64,000 nt of DNA from Octopus vulgaris (GCA_951406725.2 OX597832.1:52638001-52702000), one strand, 5' to 3'. Positions 49,500-63,199 are shown, counted from the first letter of the stretch. Notes: generated by a model from the letters alone, not told the origin. A program made the numbers and translations.

Positions 49500-50855
49500 A
49501 TTATTATTTCTCAGGGGCCTTACGTTCACTCGAACGTCCCCATAGGTGACCTAGTGCCGGCTTATTTGACCAACCGTTTGGATATCATCTTCGCTCCCAT
49601 TCTTTTTATCGCCTTTCTTGTCTACGACAAAACGTCTGGCGTGGGGCTCTGTAGCGGTCTCTGATATCCTCACTGTTTGAGAAACACGGCAGGAATGATC
49701 TCGTTTGAGATTACGGCCATCTTTGGCCAAGTTGTTCCTGTTGTAACCACTAACATTTCATTCTTGGTCTACACCTACCCCATTCTAGGTCTACCCCATT
49801 CTAGTCTACCCCATTCTAGGTTTCTTGCCAGTTAGCTTGGCTTGAAGAATCCATGATGTGATATTACCCTGCAATATTCTAAGCACATTTTCACAATGCC
49901 TGGAGCTGCAGAGAAGTAGCTGCTGAAAATGGCAATCAAAATTTGAAAAAAAATCCTGTTCTTACCAATTCATTATTTTATTTTATTATTCTTTTAGTCT
50001 TTTACTTGTTTCGGTCATTTGACTACAACCATGCTGGAGCACCACCTTAAAAGGTTTTAGCCGAAGAAATGAACCCCAGGACTTATTTTTTGTAAGCCTA
50101 GTACTTATTCTATCTGTCTCTTTTGCCGAACCAATAAGTTACGGGGACCTAAACACACCAGCATCGGTTATGAAGCAATGGTTGATTTACAAACATAGAC
50201 AAAAAGACACACACATAAATATATACATATATATATATATTTATATGACGCAGGAGTGGCTGTGTGGTAAGTAGCTTGCTTACCAACCACATGGTTCCGG
50301 GTTCAGTCCCACTGCGTGGCACCTTGGGCAAATGTCTTCTACTATAGCCTCGGGTCGACCAAAGCCTTGTGAGTGGATTTGGTAGATGGAAACTGAAAGA
50401 AGCCCGTCGTATATATGTATATATATATATATATATGTGTGTGTGTGCGTGCATGTATGTTTGTGTGTCTGTGTTTGTCCCCCTAGCATTGCTTGACAAC
50501 CGATGCTGGTTTGTTTATGTCCCCGTCACTTAGCGGATCGGCAAAAGAGACCGATAGAATAAGTACTGGACTTACAAAGAATAAGTCCCGGGGTTGAGTT
50601 GCTCAACTAAAGGCGGTGCTCCAGCATGGCCGCAGTCAAATGACTGAAACAAGTAAAAGAGTAAAAGAGAGAGTATGTCGGGCTTCTTTCTGAGTTCAGT
50701 GGGACTGAACTCAGAACCATGTGGTTGGGAAGCAAGCTTCTTACCACACAGCCACACCTGTGCCATTATTGTAAAAAAAATTTTTTAAGTTTACTGAAAT
50801 TTAGACTGTAATAAAGTTTCTTTGAAGTAGTTTCAGTTTCCACATTCTCTTATAG

Positions 50856-50978
50856 GGTCTTTCTCCAGATGTTCCGAAACTCTTGAGATATGAAGGGAAA
50901 GTCAATAACCGACGGATGACTCCGCGAGATTGTGTCTACTTCATTAAAGATATTTGGTCTAACCGAGTGTATGAAGAA
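50856..50978 (+). CDS. TSNAXIP1: TSNAXIP1-like exon
   Basis: tatag|GGT...GAAGAA|gtgagt; GLSPDVPKLLRYEGKVNNRRMTPRDCVYFIKDIWSNRVYEE (G...VP.FLR..G.V.N.......KD.W motif). Confidence 0.9.
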
Positions 50979-51062
50979 GTGAGTATGTTGACCTCTGAAA
51001 CAAAACTGAACATAGCATTACTTTGAAGATAGCAATCAATAAGATTTAAACCATTAATATTA

Positions 51063-52299
51063 TTAGGTTGTTCCAAAAATAATGACTGTTCTAAGTGTTG
51101 TGTTTTGAAACACAATTTTATCATAGTATTTTAATTATATTTTAGGTGAATTTTGACATACTTAATAATTGATATATGCTCTTTAATAATTTTCTACTTA
51201 TTTCAGACAGAAAACGTTTTTGAAGCATAGGTGTCCTTAATTATGAACATGACAAAAAAGGACCTTTGCTTACTTTTCTTGCATGAGTTCAAGCTGGGGC
51301 ACAATACCTCCCAAACTCCTGCCAATATCAACAGAGCAGGGGGAGAGGGGTCCACGAGTGATCACACAGTACAAAGGTGGTTTCAGAAATTCTGTAGTGG
51401 TGATGAGAGCCTTGAAGATGAAGAAGGTAGAGGACAGTCATGCAGTCTTGAAAACAATTGTTGAACCAAACCCCACATCAAAATGTCAGAGAAATGTCTC
51501 AGGCACTTGGTGTCAGTACTGCAATGGTCTCACGCAATCTGCAGAAGATTGGTAAGGTGAAAAAGCTTGATAAATGAGTACTGCATGAGCTGAACGAAAA
51601 TCAAAAAGTTTGGTGTTTTGAAGTGTGCTCTTTTGCTCTTTCTGCGAAACACCAATGATCTTTTTCATGACCAAATAGTTGCTTTTGACGAAAAGTGGAT
51701 TCTTCATGGTAACCGTAAATAATCAGGTCAATGGCTTAATCATGATGTGTCCCCAAAATATTTCTCAAAGCTAAAGTTGCATCAGTAAAAGATTATGCTG
51801 ACTGTCTGGTGGTTTGCAATTGGCTTTGTCCAATTTTGGAAGCCAATCAAAGCATTACAGCAGAGGTTTACTGCAATCAACTCACTGAAGTGCATATTCA
51901 CTCGCAAAAAATGAGATCTGCATTGGTGAATTGGCGTGGCCCAATTCTGTTCCATGATAATGCAAAGCCACATGCTGCAGGAATGACGCTGCAGAAACTC
52001 AGACTTGGGATAAGAGACTTTTCTACATCCACCATATTCACCTGATCTTTCACCACTGACTGCCATTTTTTAAAGCATTTAAACACGTTTTTAAGTGATA
52101 AAACTTTCAGGTCCAAACCAGAGGTGGAATCAGCTTTCAAAGATTTCTTAGCATCAAAACCAATAAGTTTTTTATCAACAAGGCATAAATAATCTTGTTG
52201 ATCGATGGCAGAGATGCATAATCAAAATATTTCTGTTGTTATATTTTCCAGCATAAAAGTATGTTTCTGAAATCGGCCATTATTTTCAGAACAACCTAT
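51063..52299 (+). mobile_element. Degenerate mariner transposon
   Basis: TIR TTAGGTTGTTC..AAAATAATG / CATTATTTTCAGAACAACCTA; HEFKLGH...NINRA, TVQRWFQKF.SGDESLED, HDNAKPH, PYSPDL. Confidence 0.9.
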
Positions 52300-52838
52300 T
52301 CCTTTTAGATATAGATGCATACATTTATATATTTAACGCATTCATATGTGCTCAGACATAGAAAGGCCTTCACTACTGATACTGTCTTGGGAAAGAAATT
52401 CCCCTTATAGACAATTTGTGCAAAAAAACAAAGACACCACTTGGCCATAAACAACATTGTAAGACTGTAGAACATGTTCCTGCGTTGTTATGTTTCATCA
52501 GCTACAGACATAGAATCAGTCATTCACAGCTCACTAAGAACTACCATTCTTATATTTACACAGCAAATAAATTTTCTGATGTGTGAAAAGCCTTGTCATG
52601 CTGGAATGAATTGATAAGAGGCACACTAATCAATAATGATTAGAATAAAACAATGTACGTTTATCTCTAATATGGCTATGTCTTATGTATGACATTAAAC
52701 TGCATCCGGTGGTGAGCATCCAATTCAGGAGTTTTGGAGTTATGGGGAGCATAGAGTGACCCTTAATTACCATTACTCCCAGGTCCATTCTGATGTGGAA
52801 CGGTTGTGCCTGTCAGGTTTCTGTCAATGGGTTAAATA

Positions 52839-53394
52839 TTGGGTTGTCCGGAAAGTTCATGCCAATTTATAGTAGCTTACTTTTCAACTTATTTTAGAAC
52901 ATGGTTGAGTCCATAAAATTGGATTTGACTACACCTCCATTTAGAGAACAGTTTAAGCTATCTTTTCGTGGAAGAAGGTTTATGTTCCTATAACCTGTGT
53001 TAATTCTGTAACCCTTTAAAATGGAAGATAAGAAAGTTCATTTTCGGCACTTGATGCTTTGGGAACCAGACAAAAATTGCTGCAGCTCGGCTGGGATGTG
53101 TTACCCCACCCTCCACATTCACCAGATATTGCTCCTTCGGATTTCCACTTATTTAGGTCTCTGCAGAATAGTGTTAATGGTAAAAATTTCAATTCTTTGG
53201 ATGACGTAAAAAGATACCTTGATGAATTGTTTGCCATGAAACTACCTTAATTCTGGGAAGGGGGTATTTTCAAGTTAAAGGAAAGATGGAGACACATTGT
53301 GCAACAAAATGGTTCATATATGGTTGATTCAAAATGTATTTATTAACCTTTTTCTTTCCTTTAAAAACCGGCATGAACTTTCCAGACAACCTAA
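52839..53394 (+). mobile_element. Internally deleted mariner (556 bp)
   Basis: TA-flanked TIRs TTGGGTTGTCCGGAAAGTTCATGCC / GGCATGAACTTTCCAGACAACCTAA; N-terminal MEDKKVHFRHLMLW fused to TRQKLLQLGWDVLPHPPHSPDIAPSDFHLFRSLQN. Confidence 0.9.
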
Positions 53395-54277
53395 TAGATT
53401 TCTGCAAGGGCAGATTGAGTTCCTTAGCTGCAGTGAAAGCAATCAATCTAGGAGAAAGAAAACTCCAAAATTAATATCCTCTTCTAGTATGCCCTAAGCC
53501 AGCATAGAAGAGTATGGCACATGAAACTAACATAAAGTATATCCAGTAACATAGATTGATATTTTGGAGGTAACCACCTCATGGTGGTATACATCCTGCT
53601 GCAAGCGGAAATAGTGGGAAATGATGGTGTTTGTGTGCTCTCAAACATTGAAAGACTTTCACTGCAGTTATCATCTCAGAAGTTTTCTCACACTTTGTCT
53701 ATTAGAAACACATCATTACTTTATATGCTTCCAATCAATTGATTACTTTGGTAAGCATTTACATTGAACAATGAAATTTTGCTCAGTTTTGACATTAAAG
53801 TTAACCTAGGAAAAGGTAGAAATAGGATCTTTTCGGTTTGAACGGCAGTTTTTTCTAGCGGGTTCATATGAAATTGTCACCCATAATTATGACACTAGTA
53901 TCGATCTATTGCATTTCAATCTGTTTTAGGGTTAGGGGTATATTTTTTTCTTCACAAATGTAAATAAACCCAATCTGTTTCTTAAACGAGGGACATATTC
54001 ATACGGCACAGAATGTTTTCACCTCAAAAAGATGTCATTGATTGGTTGAAATTGCAGAAATTGAAGAAAAAAAACAACAAATATCTTACAAACTATAGAA
54101 TTTTTTCAATAAAGCCAAGAGAAAAAGATGTTTTATAAACACATTCTACCAGTATACGAAGTTTAAAAGTGTTTAGTTACCTAGAAATTATGTTAAAAAC
54201 TGCCGTTCAAACCGAAAAGATCCTAGAAATATTATGGATTCAAATCCAAGTAAATCCTTTTTTGTGAGTTTTTATAG

Positions 54278-54436
54278 GAGAGCAACCTCATGGATTTTCT
54301 TGAGGCTTACATGATGAAGCAATTCCCAGATGAGACTTTGAGGACTGAATGGTCTTATACGTTCTACTTCACACTAAAACAATTGTCACCAATTAACAAC
54401 TACGTCAAGCTTTTCTGGAAAATACTTAACGAAGAG
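54278..54436 (+). CDS. TSNAXIP1: TSNAXIP1-like exon
   Basis: ttatag|GAG...GAAGAG|gtataa; ESNLMDFLEAYMMKQFPDETLRTEWSYTFYFTLKQLSPINNYVKLFWKILNEE. Confidence 0.85.
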
Positions 54437-56707
54437 GTATAACAGTTGTTATTTACAAACCATCTTTTATCTTTTGCTTACTTCAGTCACTGGACTGTGC
54501 CCACCCATGCTGGGGCACCACTTTGAAGGGTTTAGTTGAACAAGTTCCCTATTTGTTTATTTTTTTGGAGCCTGGTACCCATTTTATTTGGTTTCTGTTG
54601 CTAAACTGCTAAGTTACAGGGACGTAAACAAACCAACACTGGTTGTCAAGTGATGGTGGGGAACAAACATATTGTAGACACAAAGACATACACATAGATA
54701 TATGCATACGTAAATATATATATGTGTGTGTATTTATATAGAACAGACTTCTTTTCGTTTCCTCTTACCAAATCCACTCACAAAGCATTGGTCAGCCCAG
54801 GGCTATAGTAAAAGGTGCTTGCCCAGGGTGCCACACAGTGGGACTGAACTCAAGACCACATGGTTGGGAAGCAAACTTCTCAACCATACAGCTACACCTG
54901 TGCCTATGCACAGGTTGTTTTAATTCTTTTATTCTTTTACTTGTTTCAGTCATTTGCCTACAGCCATACTGGAGCTCCGTCTTGAAGGGTTTTAGTTCAA
55001 CAAATCAACCCCAGGACTTATTTTTAAAGCCTAGTACTTATTGTATCAGTCTCTTTTGCTAAACCGCTAAGTTACAAGGCGTAAGCACAACACCAGTTGT
55101 CAAGCAGTGATGGCAGGGACAAATACAGACACAGAGACACGCACACATAGATATATACATATATATACAAAATAGTTAGTGAGAACGAAAAAGGCAATTC
55201 ACAATTCAACATCCTTCTAACTTGGGGCCAAAGGCAGCAAATTCATCATCATCATTATCATCATCGTTTAGCGTCCGCTTTCCATGCTAGCATGGGTTGG
55301 ACAGTTCAACTGGGGTCTTGGAAGCCAGAAGGCTGCACCAGGCCCAGTCTGATCTGGCAATGTTCCTACGGCTGAATGCCCTTCCTAACGCCAACCACTG
55401 TGTGAGTTTAGTGGGTGCTTTTTACATGCCACTGGCATGAGGCCAGTCAGGGCGGCGCTGGCAACGGCCACGTTCGGATGGTTCTCTTACGTACCACCGG
55501 CACTGGTATCACAGCTGCAATTTCCATTGATGTTGATAGATTTCAATTTTGATTTGGATTTGGGATTTGAGATTTTCACTTGCCTCAACAAGTCTTCACA
55601 AGTAGAGTTTTGTGTCCCAAGAAGGAAAGACACAGAGAGAGGGAAGAGAGCAGTTAATAAACTTAACTTCCATTTGTGTTGAATAATCAATGTTTAGATA
55701 AAACATCAACAATTTGCCTTGATACAAAATAACTGTAAAAGTGGGCGAGGTGAATAAAGTTTATTTTAAAATTACAGTGGTTAATACTGAACTACTTTCA
55801 TGTTAAATCTACAAATTAAATAAATTAATTTAATTTAAATTTGTTACATACTACAATCTTCAGTAGTATACTCCCATATTTACGAAAAATAAGTATAATT
55901 TAAAAATACATTTCCCTTTATTCATCCACTGCGATTCGTAATTCAAAGTACTCAAATATTTTCCAAAATAGTTAGAGAGAAAGAAAAAGGCATGCTTTTC
56001 TTTCACAATTCAACATCCTTCTAACTTTCCAGGGAAGCTAAGTTTCTTAACTGCTCTCCACCCTCTCTCTATGTACATACATATATATATTATATAAAAT
56101 CCGTTTGGTCTGTGTGTGTCTTCTAGGATCTCGGGCATCCTCCATCAGATTGCACTCAAATTTGATATGTAGATACCAACGGTATCAGGGTGTGTATGAG
56201 TCTGGAAAAAATTACAAAAATCGATTCCAGGTGAGAATGCAATCGATAAAGCCATGGAAACATGCATTTGTATGCACAAATACATCAGTTGTACGTGAGA
56301 AAAATGCAGATGCAGTTTACACAAAAAAAGCTGGCCTGTTTGGTGTCTCAAATTTAGGTTAAATCAGTGTTTCTCAAAGGGGAGGCCTATGGGACGGTTG
56401 GACAAGTTGTTTTGAGAAAATTTGGTTTAAATGGTTAACAACTCAGCACCGTCCATTGGACGGGGGGGGGGTGCGTTTTGCTCGTATATATATATCTGCA
56501 TGGCCAAAACAGCTGTAAGATATAGTGTATATTTATATCTATTTATATTTATATCCTCTTATAATGATTATACTTATTGTATTGTATTACTCATTCATGT
56601 ACGCTGTTTTGTTATATATTTTTATGTAGTGGTTTAATAAAGTATGTGATTGGGTATTATCTGGTAGTTGATAAATGATTTAGATGTATTTCTCCATTTT
56701 CTTATTT

Positions 56708-56749
<42 letters not shown>

Positions 56750-57540
56750 TGATGGCTTCTTTCAGTTTCTGCCTACGAAATCCACTCACAAGCCTTTGGT
56801 TTGATCAAAGCTATAGTAGAAGTCTAATGGAGTTAATTATCAGTTATTGGAAATATGTTCTAAAATTATAAAGAAAATTTATTACGTCCTATAAAAAATA
56901 GCTTCCAAATTTCCAAGCCAGAATTCGAAACCAAATCTGCATTTTTCTATTGTTCTCACCTGTTGCACTAAGAAATTTATGAGAGTAAACTGACCTCTCA
57001 GCCTTATTTGAGTCAAACGTGGGTCAAGGCTGATTAGAGAGGAAAAATCCTTTATCTATTCTGAACTAGTTTAGTTAGAGAAATTATAAATATGCAACCA
57101 TAAATCAGTTTTCTCTTTGGTTGCTCAGCCTCTGGGCAAAGAGCATTCCTTTTTCTTCCTTCATCTGGTGCTGATGGGGCATACAACCCTTATGCAAGGG
57201 ACAACACAGTTTTACACTTTCTATTTGACTAAACTCTGTTACCTTTTCGCTCTCTAGTAGTAACCATGGATGAACCTAACTATTTATAACCCCAAGTAAT
57301 TGTAACTTACTTTGTAATTATGACAATAATATATTAAGGATCATTTCAACTAACGATTTATATCTTCTCTCATTTATTCGCTGCATATCATCATTACACA
57401 TAGTTGTTATAATTGGTGATCTTCAATATTTATAAACTGTTAAAATTGGATCTTACACTTAACCATTACAAATTGGTGACTTCTGACATTCATTAACTGT
57501 TACATTCCTAAACAAATTTAATGTAAATCTATTTCAACAG

Positions 57541-57768
57541 ATAGAAGAAAGTGTCCACCATTGTCAAGAATTATTCACAAGAACTTTGGAGAGCCATTGT
57601 CGTACAAATCGTAAGCCTGAAGCCAAATATATCTCCAAAGCAGAATTCCACACACTTTTAGAGGAATTTTTGAAAGGAACAAAAGCAGATTTTATTACAT
57701 CATTAGTTGACAAAGCTGCTACACAATTAGAAAGTGATAAAATTTATATAGATAAATTGCTACATGAG
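57541..57768 (+). CDS. TSNAXIP1: TSNAXIP1-like exon (EF-hand-like region)
   Basis: caacag|ATA...CATGAG|gtaaat; IEESVHHCQELFTRTLESHCRTNRKPEAKYISKAEFHTLLEEFLKGTKADFITSLVDKAATQLESDKIYIDKLLHE. Confidence 0.85.
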
Positions 57769-57831
57769 GTAAATAATTGCTATTACCAATAACAATATTG
57801 TTATAAAACTTTTATTACACTAGTTGTGCTG

Positions 57832-59960
57832 TTCAATCATCTCAAATAACCTTCTTCAATCATTTCAGAATAACCTTCTTTAATCATTTCAAAATAACCT
57901 TCTTTAATCATTTCAAAATAACCTTCTTCAATCATTTCAAAATAACCTTCTTCAATCATCTCAAATAACCTTCTTCAATCATTTCAGAATAACCTTCTTC
58001 AATCATCTCAAAATAACCTTCTTAAATCATCTCAAAATAACCTTCTTCAATCATCTCAAAATAACCTTCTTAAATCATCTCAAAATAACCTTCTTCAATC
58101 ATCTCAAATAATCTTCAATCATTTCAAAATAACCTTCTTCAATCATCTCAAAATAACCTTCTTAAATCATCTCAAAATAACCTTCTTCAATCATCTCAAA
58201 ATAACCTTCTTCAATCATCTCAAATAACCTTCTTCAATCATCTCAAATAATCTTCTTCAATCATCTCAAAATAACCTTCTTCAATCATTTCAAAATAACC
58301 TTCTTCAATCATCTCAAAATAACCTTCTTAAATCATCTCAAAATAACCTTCTTCAATCATCTCAAAATAACCTTCTTCAATCATCTCAAATAATCTTCTT
58401 CAATCATCTCAAATAACCTTCTTCAATCATCTCAAATAATCTTCTTAAATCATTTCAAAATAATCTTCTTAAATCATCTCAAAATAACCTTCTTCAATCA
58501 TCTCAAATAATCTTCTTCAATCATCTCAAAATAACCTTCTTCAATCATCTCAAATAATCTTCTTCAATCATCTCAAATAATCTTCAATCACTTCAAAATA
58601 ACCTTCTTCAATCATCTCAAAATAACCTTCTTAAATCATCTCAAAATAACCTTCTTCAATCATCTCAAAATAACCTTCTTCAATCATCTCAAATAATCTT
58701 CTTCAATCATCTCAAATAATCTTCTTCAATCATCTCAAAATAACCTTCTTCAATCATCTCAAATAATCTTCTTAAATCATTTCAAAATAATCTTCTTAAA
58801 TCATCTCAAAATAACCTTCTTCAATCATCTCAAAATAACCTTCTTCAATCATCTCAAATAATCTTCTTCAATCATCTCAAATAATCTTCTTCAATCATCT
58901 CAAAATAACCTTCTTCAATCATCTCAAAATAATCTTCTTCAATCATCTCAAAATAACCTTCTTCAATCATCTCAAATAATCTTCTTCAATCATCTCAAAT
59001 AATCTTCTTCAATCATCTCAAATAATCTTCTTCAATCATCTCAAATAATCTTCTTCAATCATTTCAAAATAATCTTCTTCAATCATCTCAAAATAACCTT
59101 CTTCAATCATCTCAAAATAACCTTCTTCAATCATCTCAAAATAACCTTCTTCAATCATCTCAAAATAACCTTCTTCAATCATCTCAAATAATCTTCTTCA
59201 ATCATCTCAAAATAATCTTCTTCAATCATTTCAAAATAATCTTCTTCAATCATCTCAAATAACCTTCTTCAATCATCTCAAAATAATCTTCTTCAATCAT
59301 CTCAAATAACCTTCTTCAATCATCTCAAAATAACCTTCTTCAATCATCTCAAAATAACCTTCTTCAATCATCTCAAAATAACCTTCAATCATCTCAAATA
59401 ATCTTCTTCAATCATCTCAAATAACCTTCTTCAATCATCTCAAATAATCTTCTTAAATCATTTCAAAATAATCTTCTTCAATCATTTCAAAATAATCTTC
59501 TTCAATCATCTCAAATAACCTTCTTCAATCATCTCAAAATAATCTTCTTAAATCATTTCAAAATAATCTTCTTAAATCATCTCAAAATAATCTTCTTCAA
59601 TCATCTCAAAATAATCTTCTTCAATCATCTCAAAATAACCTTCTTCAATCATCTCAAAATAACCTTCTTCAATCATCTCAAAATAACCTTCAATCATCTC
59701 AAAATAACCTTCTTCAATCATCTCAAAATAACCTTCTTCAATCATCTCAAATAATCTTCTTAAATCATTTCAAAATAATCTTCTTCAATCATCTCAAAAT
59801 AATCTTCTTCAATCATTTCAAAATAACCTTCTTCAATAATCTCAAAATAACCTTCTTCAATCATTTCAAAATAACCTTCTTCAATCACTTAAAAATAATC
59901 TTCTTCAATCATTTAAGAATAACCTTCTTCAATAATCTCAAAATAACCTTCTTCAATCAT
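57832..59960. repeat. ~2.1 kb minisatellite, 23-24 bp unit (about 90 copies)
   Basis: AATCAT(C/T)TCAAA(A)TAA(C/T)CTTCTT(C/A) tandem array. Confidence 0.97.
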
Positions 59961-60790
59961 GACTTGTGCTTTATAAAACCATCTTGTAGGCAATCATCAT
60001 CATCATCATCATCATTTTGTGCCCACTTTTCCAAGCTTCTGTGCATCAGTTGTAGTTTATTTAGGCAGATTTTTCTGTGCCTTCATGCCCATCTGGTTGT
60101 CTACCCCTACCTGTTCCTTCTAAGCAAGGTAATATTTCTCCATGACCAGATATTAGAAATGTATTAGAAATGAATGGTGGATGTAAGCACTCCATCGGTT
60201 ACGACGATGAGGGTTCCGGTTGATCCAAATCAACGGAACAGCCTGCTCGTGAAATTAACATGTAAGTGGCTGAGAACTCCACAGACACGTGCACCCTTAA
60301 CGTAGTTCTCGGGGATATTCAGCGTGACACAGAGAGTGACAAGGCCGGCCCCTTGAAATACAGGTACAACAGAAACAGGAAGTAAGAGTGAGAGAAAGTT
60401 GTGGTGAAAGAGTACAGCAGGGATCACCACCATCCCCTGCCGGAGCCTCGTGGAGCTTTTAGGTGTTTTCGCTCAATAAACACTTACAACGCCCGGTCTG
60501 GGGATCGAAACCGCGATCCTATGACCGCGAGTCCGCTGCCCTAACCACTGGGCCATTGCGCCCCCGAAAAATGAATGGTACTGCCTATATAACAGTGACA
60601 CTCATTTACAACTACATGCACACACACACACACACACACACATCTTACATACCAGGTTTGTTTCAGCTTCTGTCTATGAAATCCACTCACTGAAGCTATT
60701 TCTAAATAATAACAATGTTATTAAACTATGTTAGAAATATCAAGTCATACAATGATATTTCATGGTAATATCTCTTTGTTATCTAAATAG

Positions 60791-60894
60791 ACTGCAGAAG
60801 GAGAAATTGGTCCATTCTTGAGTTCCATTAGAGAGTGGCTGAGAAGAGCTTGGAAGAATTACATTGAAAATATTTCCAAGATAATTGACATCAA
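60791..60894 (+). CDS. TSNAXIP1: TSNAXIP1-like exon; gene continues beyond the window
   Basis: aatag|ACT...ATCAA|gtaagt; TAEGEIGPFLSSIREWLRRAWKNYIENISKIIDI (EG..GPF motif). Confidence 0.82.
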
Positions 60895-61122
60895 GTAAGT
60901 CAACAACTTTACTCTTTTACTTGTTTCAGTCATTTGACTGCGGCCATGCTGGAGCACCGTCTTTTAGTCGAGGAAATCGACCCCAGGACTTATTCTTTGT
61001 AAGCCTAGTACTTATTCTATCGGTCTCTTTTGCCGAACCGCTAAGTTACGAGGACGTAAACACACCAGCATTGGTTGTCAAGCAATGTTGGGCGGGGGAC
61101 AAACACAGATGCACAAACACAC

Positions 61123-61159
<37 letters not shown>

Positions 61160-61444
61160 ACAGGCTTCTTTCAGTTTCTGTCTACCAAATCCATTCACAA
61201 GGCTTTGGTCGGTCCGAGGCTATAGTAGAAGACACTTGCCCAAGGTGCCACACAGTGGGACTGAACCCGGAACCATGTGGTTGGTAATAATATATACCAA
61301 GCTACTTACCACACAGCCACTCCTGCACCTAACTGTTAAAGAACACATTTCTATTGTTGAAATTTTGATTATTTTTCTAAATCTTAATGGTTTCCATGTT
61401 CATTTTTTCTTGCGTAAATTATATATTATTTTATATTATTCTGT

Positions 61445-61885
61445 AAGGATTTCACATGCCACTGGTATGGGTACCAGTTACATGGCACCAGTATTGACCA
61501 CAACTACGATTTCACTAAGCTTGACGAGTCTTATAGGGCCAAATGTCTTGGTCACTTATCAAACTGGTGAGGCCCAACATTCGAAGGGTGCTATTTGTTT
61601 GCCAGTTATGTGACACCAGCATCAGCCACAACTACGGTTTCACTTGGCTTGAGAGATCTTCTCAAGTGCAGCATATCACCGAAGGTCTTGGTCACTTGTC
61701 ATTGCCTCTGTGAGGCTCAATGTTCGAAGATCATGCTTCACCACCTTGTCCCATGTCTTCCTGGATCTACCTCTTCTACAGGTTCCCTCCACAGTTAGAG
61801 ATCGGCACATTTTTACAAGGCTGTTCTCGTTCATGCGCATCATATGAACATACCTGCACAGTCGTCTCTTCTGCACACCACATCT
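61445..61885 (-). mobile_element. RTE-clade LINE 3' fragment; its 3' UTR recurs at ~2022-2340, 9310-9490, 10590-11000, 27100-27270, 36925-37400, 55243-55540 and 62360-62560
   Basis: RRL..Y.HMMRM...VEG..RRGR.RKTW..VVKHDLRTL.L......D; UTR copies share GGATGCCCTTCCTAATGCCAACCACTC and a (CAT)n tail. Confidence 0.8.
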
Positions 61886-62123
61886 GAAATATCTTATACA
61901 TATATATATATGAAATATATGTACAATATACTCTTTTACTTGTTTCAGTCATTTGACTGCGGCCATGCTGGAGCACCACCTTTAGTTGAGCAAATCAACC
62001 CCAGGACTTATTCTTTGTAAGCCCAGTACTTATTCTATCGGTCTCTTTTGCTGAACCGCTAAGTGACGGGGACGTAAACACACCAGCATCGGTTGTCAAG
62101 CAATGCTAGGGGGCCAAACACAG

Positions 62124-62168
<45 letters not shown>

Positions 62169-62584
62169 TATGACAGGCTTCTTTCAGTTTCCGTCTACCA
62201 AATCCACTCACAACGCATTGGTTGGCCCGGAGCTATAGCAGAAGACACTTGCCCAAGATGCCACGCAGTGGGACTAAACCCAGAACCATGTGGTTGGTTA
62301 GCAAACTACTTACCACACAGCCACTCCTGCACCTATATATATAATATGATATATGGCTCAAATGCCCTTCCTAATGCCAACCACTCCAAGAGCGTAATGG
62401 GTGCTGTTATGTGTCACTGGCACAGGTGCCATTTGCATGACACCAATATCTGCTATGACTGCAATTTTACCTGGCTTGATGAGCCTTTTTCTCAAGCATG
62501 ACATAATGTCAAAGGTCTCAGTCATTGCCTCTGCAAGGTCCAACACTCGAAAGGTGCTTTTCTTACATACATATATATATCCAT

Positions 62585-62875
62585 ACAGGGCGAAGTCACT
62601 TGACCCTGTTATCTCCCCTACTATCCCTCTAGCGTCTAACGTCTGACCTCTGATTTCTGCCTGAAGTCAGAATACCATAATGGACCGTGAAGCTCCTACA
62701 CGCATTTTTTCTCTCCTTGTTTTTTTCTGTGTATCTATCTTTCTGTCGAAGAGCGTAGGCTTGAAACGTAAAAGACTTGTTCTATTTCTATTCCTGAGCG
62801 CCATACTAATACATTTGTTTGTTTGTACTCCACCTGCCTTCGTCTTTTGTTTATTTTCGTAAACCTTCCCGTTAT
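62585..62875 (+). mobile_element. Penelope-like pseudo-LTR remnant with degenerate hammerhead at 62738-62775
   Basis: TCTTT-CTGTCGA-A-GAGC-gtag-GCTT-GAAA-CG-T-A-AAAGA; flanked by (TA)n/(TACA)n. Confidence 0.55.
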
Positions 62876-63199
62876 ATATATACATACATACATACATATA
62901 TATAATTAAGATTCAGTTGAATTAGACACTTAAATTGAGGTGCCTTGCTACGTCGGTATAATCCGTACACCCAAGCAATATTAATTGAATATTGAATATC
63001 GGGTGTTTGTACCTGATGTTTTCACCGTGTTTGGAGACAAAGCAACTCAGCAAAGTGAAGATATCCGCTCTTGGTAATTCAGACATGTAGTTTTAAAACG
63101 GTAATTTCTATAGTATTTTCAAAATATATCAATACATGCATATATATATATATTGGCCGCGTCGGAACAAATATCAGAATTAATCAGCCGAAATTTGCT

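Noticed and set aside
57170-57490. Possible solo LTR with repeated AATTGGTGA PBS-like motifs
   Set aside because: No clear TG..CA boundaries, TSD or full tRNA complementarity.
57832-59960. CRISPR array, or an (EEGYFEMI)n coding repeat on the minus strand
   Set aside because: No unique spacers or cas genes in a eukaryotic intron; 23-bp units break the frame and introduce stops.
60885-61613. 242-aa ORF
   Set aside because: Read-through of a family B SINE and an RTE 3' UTR; the same peptide text recurs at every SINE copy.
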